The notes under the pieces are model-generated. The model was given only the letters and a program-made list of their open reading frames with translations, was not told the DNA's origin and ran no database searches. Of a stretch of 64,000 nucleotides of DNA, positions 35,201 through 47,200 are shown piece by piece. Every line of letters begins with the position of its first letter. The stretch's first letter is position 1. Source of the stretch: Gekko japonicus (Eukaryota); assembly GCF_001447785.1 (NCBI RefSeq), contig NW_015160837.1, positions 261,415 through 325,414 of the forward strand, written 5' to 3'. Made by a program: the position numbers and the translations under genes.

Positions 35201-38200
35201 GAAAGTCAAATATTCTCTAACCAACAAGGCAGGAAAAAAACTGAGAAAGAGGGTGACTCACACTGCTGGAGACCGAGAGTTAAAGATAGGACCTGACTCC
35301 TGACCTGATGGGAAGAACCATTCATAGCGAGAAGTATATATCCAGATCCTTCTCTCTCCCTAAGTCACCCTAGCAGTGGCTTGCTTGTGCAAGCTCAGCA
35401 TTCTTCAAACAATCACAGACCACTTCAAATCCAGAAGCATATCTGGGATTTGGGATTGCAGCACATGCTGTAACACACTCTTTCCCACCACTGATTATGT
35501 ACATCGTCACAAAGACCATTCTATAAGCCAGCAGTTGTCTCAAGAGACTATTTTGACAGCCCAAGTCTGTGTTATTTATTTATACCACCTTGTCTTCCAG
35601 AACTTTGTTTTTATATGATTGGACTGTACCCTCCAGGCTTTTACACATTAGCACAGGCACTGTATTACCGTCAAGTGTTACTGTAAGATAATGTAGGTAC
35701 ATACAAAGTCTGGTTAAGACCAAGTGGCTTTCCAGCTCAGTAGCACAGCTGACAGTGACCTTTACCAGATTTTACAGAGGAAGTAGATAAAAGCTTAAGA
35801 AAGTAATGGAGAATGTTATTCCCTATAGCCATCTAAGGTATAAGCAACAAGCAAAAATATGCCGCCCTTGAAATCCTAATGGATCCTCCTAGCTTCCATG
35901 AATTAGCTGACAACAACAGCCTGTTATCACCTCGCATATTATTAGAAAATACTATAATTGCACAATAGCTCCTTGTGAACTTGTAGAAGTGTGAAGAAAA
36001 TCACCTGATCAACTTAGGAAATATTCCTCATAGGCTGAAGAGAAACATACCTACTACTCTGAGCCCAGCTTTCTCTCACCTTCCCAACCTTTTTGACTAA
36101 TGTACTGGCCAGTGAAACAAACATTGATTGATTCAGCAGCCTATCTTGCACCTTCTCTCCACTTCAGATGGACGGTCTCTCATCAGTCCATTTCTCTCAT
36201 CAGCCCAATTAATTTCAAACACTACCAAGTTTACAGCATGCATCGCCAAACACGGACAACTCAACCTACCATGCTGCTCTACTTTGTGTGTGCACGTGCA
36301 CGTGCATGCGTGCTGCCAGCAGAGTGGGCTCTGAGAAGAGATTGGCAGATTTTCCAGAAATCAAAATCAAGAGGCATGTGTTACTTTAATATATCTATCT
36401 CTGAACCTCAAAACTGTCTCTCATCAGTGATAGCTAAATCGATCGATGTAGACATTAGCCCACCCTAAGGAACTACCATGTTTCCCCGAAAATAAGACAC
36501 TGTCTTATATTTATTTTTTCTCAAGAAGGCACACCAGGGCTTATACCACAAATGCATAGAAATCCTGCTAGGGCTTATTTTGGGGGTAAGTCTTATTTTC
36601 GGGGAAACAGGGTATACACACACATCCTTTTTTTGAGCCATAATGCAACAGAGCATTTTTGATGCACTACTAACTTCAGCAGTCATCCTGCTCCACAGAA
36701 AGAAGAGGGTGAACTTGCAACGTCACAGGGTTCAACCAATCAGCACTCTGCATGACCCACTTATACTTTCCAAACAGGCTCACCATTCAAATTATCTATG
36801 TTTGTATATAGTCAGTTCTGTGCAGCTTCCTTCTTCATCATCTATTCAATTGCCTTTCTAAGCCTCATCCTGCCACATTACAAAACATATTTATTTGGAA
36901 GCAAAACATCAGTTTCACAGGGAGCACAACATGAAGTGCCAATGCCATAACATATATTCTAACATAATTATACATGGAGTGGAGAAAAGCGGACAGTGGA
37001 AGCTTTTTCTTCCTCTCCCAGAGTACTGGAATTTGGGGGTCCTGTACCTATTACCTGTCAACGAAGTTGATGGGCAATACGTACAGGACAGACAAAAGGA
37101 AATACTTATTTACTCAATAAACAATTAAACTGTGGAATTTGCTGCCAATGGATGTAATAATGGCCATGAGTATGGATGGCTTTAAAATCAATTCAGACAG
37201 ATTCATAAAAGATAGGGTTCACCAGTGGCTGCCAGCCTCCATATTCAGAGGCGGTAAACCTCTGAAACCCAGTACTAGGAAGCAATGGGGGGGGGGGGTT
37301 TCCCTATGCTTTTTGGCCCTTCAGGGCAACTACTTAACCACTGTGTGAAACATGATACTGGACTAGATGGACTGATCACCTGATCCAGCAGGGCTTTTTT
37401 GTAGTATGTTCCTATCTAGTAGTACTCACTTAATAGCTCCTGGAGAGCCACATTCTCAATTATCATTAACCAAAACAGCCACATTTATTTCCATCCATGG
37501 TATGTAGTCTGCTCCTCAGGAAGGCTCTCAGCTTACCCATTTCTCTGGCAGGAGCTGTATCGAGGTGGGAACTACCTGCCAACGTGGTGCAATGACCTCA
37601 CCCACTTTCCTGAAGCATGAGATATACGGGCACATGCCACATTGGGCAACAGGGCTCAGAAAAGCCACATGTGGTCTTCCGGTTTTTGGCAACTCGCGAA
37701 TGAACGCACGCCATCGAGCTCCAATGAGTGCGATTCGGATCGAGGCTGCAGGGAGGGGGTTCGGAAGTCTTCGACCCCCCCCACGAAGCTCTTGGAAGGA
37801 GCTTCTAGCCTGGAGCGCTGGAGGAGCCGCTCCCGACGCCGCGGCTGAAGGATCAAGGCTCTTTTTTGCTCCTTAAGGTCCTGCTGCCCCAAGGCCAGCA
37901 ATGGCGTCCAGAGACGTTACCAGACCAGAGCACGCAAGGACTTAAGCAAAAGGACTCTCCCTATGGGATGACATCCAGCAAAAAAACAACAACCAGTGAG
38001 TTAATGCGTTTCAAAAGAAAGACAAAAGTAAAGTGGTTGGAAGAACTGACATGAGATGGCAAAGCCCCATAGAGAAAGGGGGGAGAACTCTTGGGAGGAA
38101 GAACCCTACCCTATAGCGCAAAAAGCAGCAAAACGGGAAGCAAGCCGTCAACAAGCTGTTAGAAACCCACCCAACCAAAGCGGATCGCAGCTGGGCTCAT

Positions 38201-41200
38201 TATTCAGTCTAGAGGGAAATCTTAGAACTTTTAAGAACTTTTACCTTAATGTAAACAATGTCACAACGTGGGGGGGAAATGGTGTCCAGAGGCACCACAG
38301 GAAGCACCAGCACATCATCACCAGTCATGAGACAGTAAACTACCACCAATTTAGCTGGTACGATCTCTGAAGCTTTGCATCCCCTGCTGGATCAGCTGAC
38401 GAACCTCAACAAAAAGTTTGATGATTTTCAGAAGGAGTTGAAGGAGACCAAAGATAAATCAAAGAAGACGGTCAAAAAGCTAATACAGGTTGAAACTAAG
38501 ACCAAAGAGATGGATCAAAGAATGGACATTGCTGAGAGAGAAAGAGCTTCTGAAAAACAACAATTACTACAATTGCAAGTTGAAAGATCCCTATATGTTT
38601 TAAGATTTCAAGGGTACCGGAAAAAAAAGATGAAAATTTAAGAGAAATCCTAAGCGAATCATTGGCCCCCTTGATCAACAGCAAACCTGAATTATTTTGC
38701 AAGCTGACACAGACATGATTTATAGAACTTATTCAGAGTTTGTGAAGAAAAATAATCTTCCAGGAGAAATATTTGTTAAATTTGCAAAAAGATCAACAAG
38801 AGACTTGATACTTAAAGCCTCTACTGCTACAACATTAAAAATCCAAGAGGAAGAGATAAAAGTACTGAAAGATGTACCATATGAAATACGTAAGAAGAGG
38901 AAGCAATACAGAAATATTACAACATTCCTTCAAAAGAACAATGTCTGATAACAACGGATTTTCCAGAAGGCCTTATATTCAACTACAAAAAGAAGGAAAA
39001 GATTGACTCTCTAAAGCAGACACATTCCTAAAGCAGTACCAAACTCCGATAAAAAGAGGAAAAAAGCAGAGGAAAAGAAGGTGATAGAAGAAAATAGCGA
39101 CCATCAAGTGTCAGCCACTGACAGCTCCTCATCTACTTCAGTGTCCCTAGGTGAAATCTTTGACTCTGACTTTGATTCCGATTTGGGTGCTGCTACACCC
39201 AGATCTTATAAGGTTAAAATCCCCTGGCAAAAGAAGAAGTGTAAAGACAAGAAGACATCCAAATGAAAATCGAAGATTTCTCTACATCAGAACTTAAAGA
39301 ATTTATATTATTGCTCATATGCGATACCAAAATTAAGAAATTTTTGTTCTTTCTATTTGAATACTTATTACTTAGTAATGTAATGGTTTATTGTAAACTT
39401 GATTATATAGGGAAATACCCAAAGTATAAGACAGATCATTATTGTACTTTGCTACTCTGAATTTGTAGTGTGTAGTTTTTGTAGTTTATAGTGAAAAGCA
39501 ATAAGAATTCTATTAAAAAAAAGAAAATAAAAGCCACATGTGCCTTCTGAGCCACTGAGTATCACTGTTCTTATCCTTATCACTGACATACTTTTTGTTG
39601 TGCCTTTCTGAAGTGGGGTGGTAGAAAAGAGTTTAAACCTCAAAGTTCATCACTTAATCACTGAAGCAGCTCTTTCAGGTTTTCCTATGCTTGTCCAGCA
39701 GCTTCTAGTATACTACTAGAGCCAGTTTGGTGTAGTGGTTAAGTGCACGGACTCTAATCTGGAAGAACCGAGTTTGATTCCCCACTCCTCCACTTGCACC
39801 TGGCTGGATGACCTTGGACAAGCCGCAGTTCTGATACGAGCAGTTTCTGTCAAGAACTCTCTCAGCCCCACCTACCTCAAAGGGTGTCTGTTGTGGGGAG
39901 GGGAAAGGAAAGGAGTTTGTAAGCCACTTTGAGACACCTTTGGGTAGTGAAGGGCGGGGTATAAATCCAATCCTTCTTCTTTTCTACTTATAATTGAACA
40001 ACATCCCTAGTTGTGAAAGATCCTCTGCAAAAATCTCTGACACTAAAACATGACGGCACTACAGAGAAAGGATCCAAAGAGAAGAAAATTTTATTAGCCC
40101 ACTTGCAGTTAATAATATAATTTAATTCATCATGCTAGATTTCTCTGATCTTCCTATTGCCTGGATTGAACATGAAGGAGAGAAGCCTAGTTTTGTATTT
40201 TTAGATACTCAACAGGAAGTTGTACTGTATTAAAAGAAACACTAGCAAAAACAGCACTCAGGCGTTCAAATTTCTTAACATTTTCTAGACAATAAAACTG
40301 ACTTTTTGCAATAATAACTCCTGTGCATCTACTAATATTCTCACATCCTTTCAGGGCTTGTCTACAAGTGATCACAACTTAAAGTAGCATACTAGAGACA
40401 CTGCATGCAGGTAGTCCTACTTCAGCTTTACAAACAATCTAGTTACTTATGGGAAAAACTGAAGCTACACAGAAGTTTGTAGCAATCTCAGTTCAGATTC
40501 TTTGAGACGGAAGTACAACTTGAAAAATGTAGGGTTTCCTTCTGATAAGCATATCGGTTTCTTGTTATGGTTACAGCTTTATATAATACCCAATCTATTT
40601 TACCATGACTCGCTTCTTGTCCTTCCCTCAACTGTTTTGAATTACAGTCTTCCTTATGGACATCTTCTATAAGCTCTGGAAATTCCTGTCACCTTAGGAC
40701 AAACACTAGTCTGCTGGGACACGAAATAGGCCACAGCACAGGAAGGGCAGGCAGTAATCTAGGCCTTCCTCTGTGTCATATGCAGGATTCAGAGGCCCTC
40801 CTCCAATCCTGGTATGCCAGATTCCTTCAGGCTGTGCCACTTGTGGCTTCCCTGCCACACACAGGTGACCCGTACTATAAAGAGAACCAGTACTGTTCAG
40901 TAGTGTAAAGAAGTTCAAATATTAATAGTTTAATTCTTGGCGAATGGAAAATCTCGGGCTACAGATGCTCAATAAAATTTGTGACTTTTCAATCATTTAA
41001 GTCAGAAAGTTAAGAGCAGGATAGGAACTACCCTGGTCAACCCCTGTACTTCTTAAAAGTATACATACCCTGTTTCCCCGAAAATAAGACCTACCCCCAA
41101 AATAAGCCCTAGCAGGATTTCTATGCATTTGTGGTATAAGCCCTAGTGTGTCTTCTTGAGAAAAAATAAATATGACAGTGTCTTATTTTCGGGGAAACAC

Positions 41201-44200
41201 GGTATACACCTGACTGTAAGACATTGAAATAAACCTTTTTGAGCATTCTTATCATACAGTTACTGTGACAATCATTCAATCATTTCTCCACTCAAAATAA
41301 CTTTTAATATACAGTATTATTGTATTTGCCTATAAAATATTGCTCTATGTTCTCCTATAAAAACTCAGAAGTAGAGCCTTCTGTGTCCGCTGACACCACT
41401 AATAGATTCCAGACTCTTCTCTGCCTCAGCTAAACTAGACCCTCACCCAACAAAGAGCTATACAAACACAGCTGACAATGAGCATGTCACAGGAGTTATC
41501 AAAGCCGCTTTCCAAACCTTTTCCCCCCCTATGTTGTGTGGGGGGGAGCTTCAAGGACCAGTATGTGAAAGTGGAATTCTCTGAGAAAACAGTAAATCCA
41601 GCAGCAACACCTGACTTGGGACATCCATATTATAACTACATTGCCAGCTCTGGGATAAGTAACAGAAACATTTAGTCCAAACGACATTATCAGCATAACA
41701 TAGGTTTACACATATCCCTGATCTGAATCAGGTCAGATACTACCACGGTGGATAAAAATCAATGTTTTTTTAAAGCAACATTCGATTTTTTAATTTGTTT
41801 TTAATTTGTCGGATTTATACCCCGCCCTCCCAGCCGAGGCCAGCTCAGGGTGGCTTACAGAGAGTAAAACATACGAATTACAATTTAAACCATTTGAAAC
41901 CAACTAAAACCATCTAACATAATAAAGTGCTAATAGTCAAATAGTGTTTAACGATGGCAGCCGTTAATCAATGGTCCCTTCTCCCAGTCGGCTCCTAGGT
42001 ATTCCCTTTAGGCGGCTGGCACAGGTGGCTGTTGTTGACGACTCCAGGGGGCAGGGCTCGCTATCGTCAGCTGTTAAAGGCAGCTCCTTAATTGAAGGCC
42101 TAGTGGAAGAACACCGTTTTACAGGCCCTGTGGGACTGGATGAGGTCCCGCAGGGCCCTGATCTCTTCTGGGAGCTCCTTCCTCCAGAACGGAGCCACCA
42201 CCAAGAAAGCCCTGGCCTTGATTGTAGCCAGCCTGGCCTCCTTGAGACCCGGAAGGACCAGTCGGTTCTGAGATGCTGATCGCAGTGCCCTCTGGGGAAC
42301 ATGTGGGGAAAGGCAGTCCCTCAGGTATGTAGGCCCCTGACCATAAAGGGTTTTAAAGGTAAGAACCAGCACCTTGAAAAGGATCTGGTATACTGTCAGC
42401 AGCCAGTGCAATGCTTTGGCACAGGCTGGATGTGCTCCTGCACAGGGAGACCCATCAAGAGCTTGGCTGCAGCATTTTGCACCAGCTGCAGCTTCTGGAT
42501 TTGAGACAATGGCAGCCCCATGTAGAGAACGTTACAGTAGTCCAGTCTCGACGTGACCATCGCGTGGATTGCTGTTGCCAAGTCGTTGCATTCGAGGAAG
42601 GGAACCAACTGCCTGGTCAGCCGAAGGTGGTAAAAAGCTGATTTGGCAGTGGCCGCTACCTGGGTCTCCAGTGTTAAGGAGGCATCCAGGAGCACTCCCA
42701 AACTCCTAACCTCCGGCGCTGTCAAAATACATATAAGTATTTTATATTTTTTCTTTTTAAAAATAACCTGGCTAAAATTAAATCTGAATACAAGTGCATT
42801 AAACCTATGCTCATACTCTCTTAAAACTGAAACAATGTCCCTGCTTTAAAAACATTGGATTAAGGGAGAAGTATCTTTTTTAGGTCAAGTATTTTAAATA
42901 TAGCACAATAGGTCATACACTATTGTTATTATGGTCTTGATAATGGGGGGAAGGAATGGCAAGAATATCACAAGCAACCCCTGGCTTGGGAAGATGCTAT
43001 CCTATCTCTCTTTATTATGCCCTTCTAAGTACCTGAGCACAGCAATTTGCTCAACTCTCAAATTATGCATATTTACCCTAAGCAAGCAATGAAAATTCCT
43101 GTCTTCTTATGAAAATAAACAGCTCTGCCTTTGCTCCAGAAAGTTCTGGGACCTTAGTTGCCTCTAAACAAAGAGGCATACCCAGCTACACAGACTACAA
43201 CAATCAAAATTTTTGGCTGTTAGCTAATTATGTTTCTGAGGTGGGGGCAGGATTGGTGCTACGGAACAGTGAAACAGAAAACAGCAACCCTGGGAAAAAG
43301 AAGTTGTTGTACATAAAGTATATGCTCTTTTTCAGTGATAAATTAATATGTTTTTAGAGGAAGATTAATCAGTTAGCAAACAAATATATAAAACACTATT
43401 AGGAAACCTTATTTAAATTAGTTTCTTTTTTCTTGTTCAATTAAGTAATGCCCATTTTATTTAATTCAGCCCATCCCCGACTATTATTTAGAACAGACAT
43501 ATAAAAAAACCAGATGCAGTTATGCATAATATTTATATAGCCCATTTAAAGAATTTCACATAAATTGTCTCAATAATCCTTACAATAACTACCACTGAGT
43601 ACTCAACGTGGGGAAAAGCTTAACACTTGCACTTTATCATAAAAAGGTCATGACGCTTTCAAAACCCACTGTCTCCAACATAAAACAAGCATGTCAATGT
43701 GCAGACATTATGCATAATCCTAAATAACTGGGATACTACTGAATGATCCAATGAGCTTGTAAATGTCTGGAAATCTAAAATGGACCAAGATTTGTGGGCC
43801 ATCTCTGAAATTCAAACATTCACTGCGATATATATTAATTAAATAAAACAAAGGACACATTCTAAAGGTTTTCTAAAATTATTTTGTTAACATATTTTGG
43901 AATATTTAAAGCACATTCTTATCTAGGAGAACTTTTGTAATCAAAAACTCACTATGAAGTCTACAGCACTGCAGCAAACAGCTTATACATTTATAGTCAG
44001 AATTGTGTAATTGTAGAACAGATGCATACTCTAGTTACTTGAAAATTTTACAATTGTACAAATGAACTAATGACTCTGGTCCATATGAAAATGCTACTGC
44101 ACATGCAGGAACATTAACATAGGCCTTCGTTTTGTCACCACCACACAAGTAAAATTTGGAATGAAAACAAGAAACTCCACATGCACAACAGCTGTAAAAA

Positions 44201-47200
44201 CGTTTCATGTTTTCTAGGCTAATTTGGCATTATTTTCTTTTTGTTTGCATAGACTAATAGAATTCATCACCAAGAGAAAAATTCCTATAAAACCTTTTCT
44301 TTCATCTTTTAAACTGTGAGACATTAGACCATCTTTCAAAGTTCAGCATTCAGCTTAATATTTTGCAGGAAAATACTCTGTCTAATCAGTGTGAATAAGA
44401 GAACAGAAACAACATGGCTATCTAAGCCTCTCTGCTAATAGTTTGCTTTTACCCCAATTGTTTCTAAGTTAAAAAAAATCATATTTGAAGCCGCTATTTC
44501 TAGCAATAATTACTGGCTGAGGTCTGGACAGAGGGTTCCATGACCAATGTTTTCAATGCAGGTCACCTTGGTCCAAATCCAACTCTTATCAGCTATGCCA
44601 TACTACGCTTAACCTTATGAGGTATGTTAAAGAGGGCTGTTTTAGAGAACGTGTAATTAATTTTGAAGGGTTGGTGTCATTAGTCATGGCTCAACTGGCT
44701 ATTTTATCACCACTATACAAGTGAGGATGTATGTCGAAAACACACCACTCACACAGAGTCCAGCCAAAATTGAGCTCTTACACATCACCAATTTCAACAT
44801 AAAAACTAAGCATGACACAACAGAACCTACCATTGGAAGGCTCACGCCACTGTGAAAACTAGCCCTTTAAGCTATTGGCACATGATTTTTTTTTAGTGTA
44901 AAGTCCAAATACAAAAAAAAAGGAAATAATGTGTGTGTAGCACAGATATGCTCATCAGGGTGCTGAGATTAACTGCAGCTTCTTGTTGAGTACATACTCT
45001 GACACAGATTTGCTTCATATAATGTGGTCTGCAGTCACACTGAAAACCTGTAGAACATGCTCCTGCCAAGCATGTTCAGAATGGTGAGAGTAACAACACT
45101 ATCAGAAAAAGGCAGAATAAGGGCTACTTTTTAAACAATATTTAATGACAGCTATTTAAGTTTGCATTTTCCCCAATAGACTATTTTCAAATTGCAAATG
45201 CATGACTACATACCCTCTGTCTGTCATTTCTGTCACATCCATTTACCCAATTTCATTTTTGTGCAAAATAAATTTTTGTATCTCCCAACAATATTTAAAC
45301 TCACAGCTATACCTCTTAACAAAAATGACAACACTAGATTTAAATAAACAGCCACCCAAAGTATCCTTATTAAGACAGCATGACATTTCACACAACTCAC
45401 TTGGAGTGCTTTTGACCTTCTCCCCTGCTGTTGGTGTGCACGTGTGAAAGACAGAAATACAATTTTATATAAGGGGACTTTAAACAAAAATCAATTGATA
45501 GCCATTTAGGAAGATAGACTTACAATCACATCTCAGCCTTTATGTCGCTTCTGCATCACCTGTCATCAGGTAAATANNNNNNNNNNNNNNNNNNNNNNNN
45601 NNNNNNNNNTGCGGTAACAGTATTTTCATGGTTTAATCTCTCTTCCTTAAACAGAAGTATGTCAGTGTGTGTGCTATATATGAAAATTTCCCCTTCTGGC
45701 TCTCAGGTGAAACTGACACGGTCAGGGGAAAGTCTTGCCAGTCTCACCCTTATTAGGAAAAGTTCATCTTTTCCTTCTAGCCAAGGGTGACATTCAGGGG
45801 CAGACTCAGTAGGTAAAAGAATTCAGGAGCAAACCAGGACAAGTGAACTCCATGACACCACAAGCCAGCACTGTTAAGGCCCACTCGGCTTAGACCTGGC
45901 CAGCCGCACCAAACAACTGTGAGCTCACCTGTTGCCTCCTCCAGCACTGTCACCAACCAAAAGCAATGGCGGAGAAGACACAACAAAACTGGCCGGGTCT
46001 GAGCGGAGTGGCCCCTGAAACACTGGCACAGCTCCTGGGGCTTAGCTCTGCTGACGCTCTGTCACTAGCAACCACTGAGGAAACTGGCCCACTGGGAGCT
46101 TCCCTCGTAACTTGAATAACCAGCCTACTGCTGTGGATAGTCAAAGGAGAAGTTTTATTTTAACTCAACAGGGGTACTGGATCATGGTTTAACACACACA
46201 CACCCCAAGAAACAATGCTTTCCTTCACTCCTGTCACTCTTGAAGGACATGAAACTGCAGAGTGGTTGGGTTAGAATGGATAAAAGGAAGTCCTTCTTCA
46301 CCCAAAGCGTGATTAACACATGGAATTCACTGCCACAGGAAGTGGTGGCGGCTACAGGCATGGACGGCTTCAAAAGGGAATTAGATAAGCATATGGAGCA
46401 GAGGTCCATCAGTGGCTATTAGCCACAAGGTATAGATAGGGGCTCTGGGGCAAGTGATGCTCTGTCTTCTTGGTGCTTGGGGGGGTCAGCAGTGGGAAGG
46501 CTTCTAATGTCCTGGCCCCACTGGTGGACCTCCTGATGGCACTGGTATTTCTGGCCACTGTGTGACACAGAGTGTTGGACTGGATGGGCCTTTGGCCTGA
46601 TCCAACATTGGCGTCTCTTATGTTCTTATGGCAGAGGGATCTAGACAGCAAAGAAATGGTGGTGGCACCAGGTGAAAGGATACCTGTGGGCACTCCCTCA
46701 AATCTAGCTGCAGGGCAGTACTGGCCAGCATCAAGGAGGTGGCCAACGAGTGGAGAGAAGCATCTTCTGCTGCAGCACTCACTGGGAAGCGCTGTGGCAC
46801 CATTTAAACCAGGGGAACACACGCGAGCGTGTGAAAGGGTCGGGTCAGCGTGTCCACTCCGCCGTCGGAGCGCTTTTCAAAGGGCACGTGCGAACCGGCC
46901 CATCCTCTTGGTTGGGCCTAGATGGGGACAGCCAAGCAGAGAGAAGAGGGGGGGGGNNNNNNNNNNNNNNNNNNNNNNNNNNNNNNNNNNNNNNGGCCCC
47001 GTCGTGCCCCCCTCCCCCCCCCCCCGGCGTCTCTTTCGACACTGCTCCCTTGCCCGGGGGGGGGGCGATCTCCTCTCTGCCCCCCTCAAGAGACGAAGCC
47101 TCCTCAAGACAACCAACCCCCCCCACCAAACTCCCGTCCACCGCCTTTCTCCTCTTCGCCCGTTTCACACGAAGAATAAACATCGGCCGGGGGAAATGAG

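Larger units (their letters stand above)
29850..35340 (-). mobile_element. Decayed DIRS1-like tyrosine-recombinase retrotransposon (gag, RT/RNaseH, YR remnants)
   Basis: Minus-strand fragments in DIRS order: gag-like LSPFLREKLFRDSLNDIL (32830-33087); RT DDLLVK (31913-32128); WTRLHSRTLRWAL (31713-31916); RNaseH VRIDCIKAKAYINK (31322-31582); YR SKLILSRWLRECI...IADHSICSIATSAA (30286-30561). Boundaries approximate. Confidence 0.75.

Noticed and set aside
39718-39790. tRNA gene
   Set aside because: A/B boxes run directly into a SINE body repeated many times; no proper cloverleaf end or terminator.
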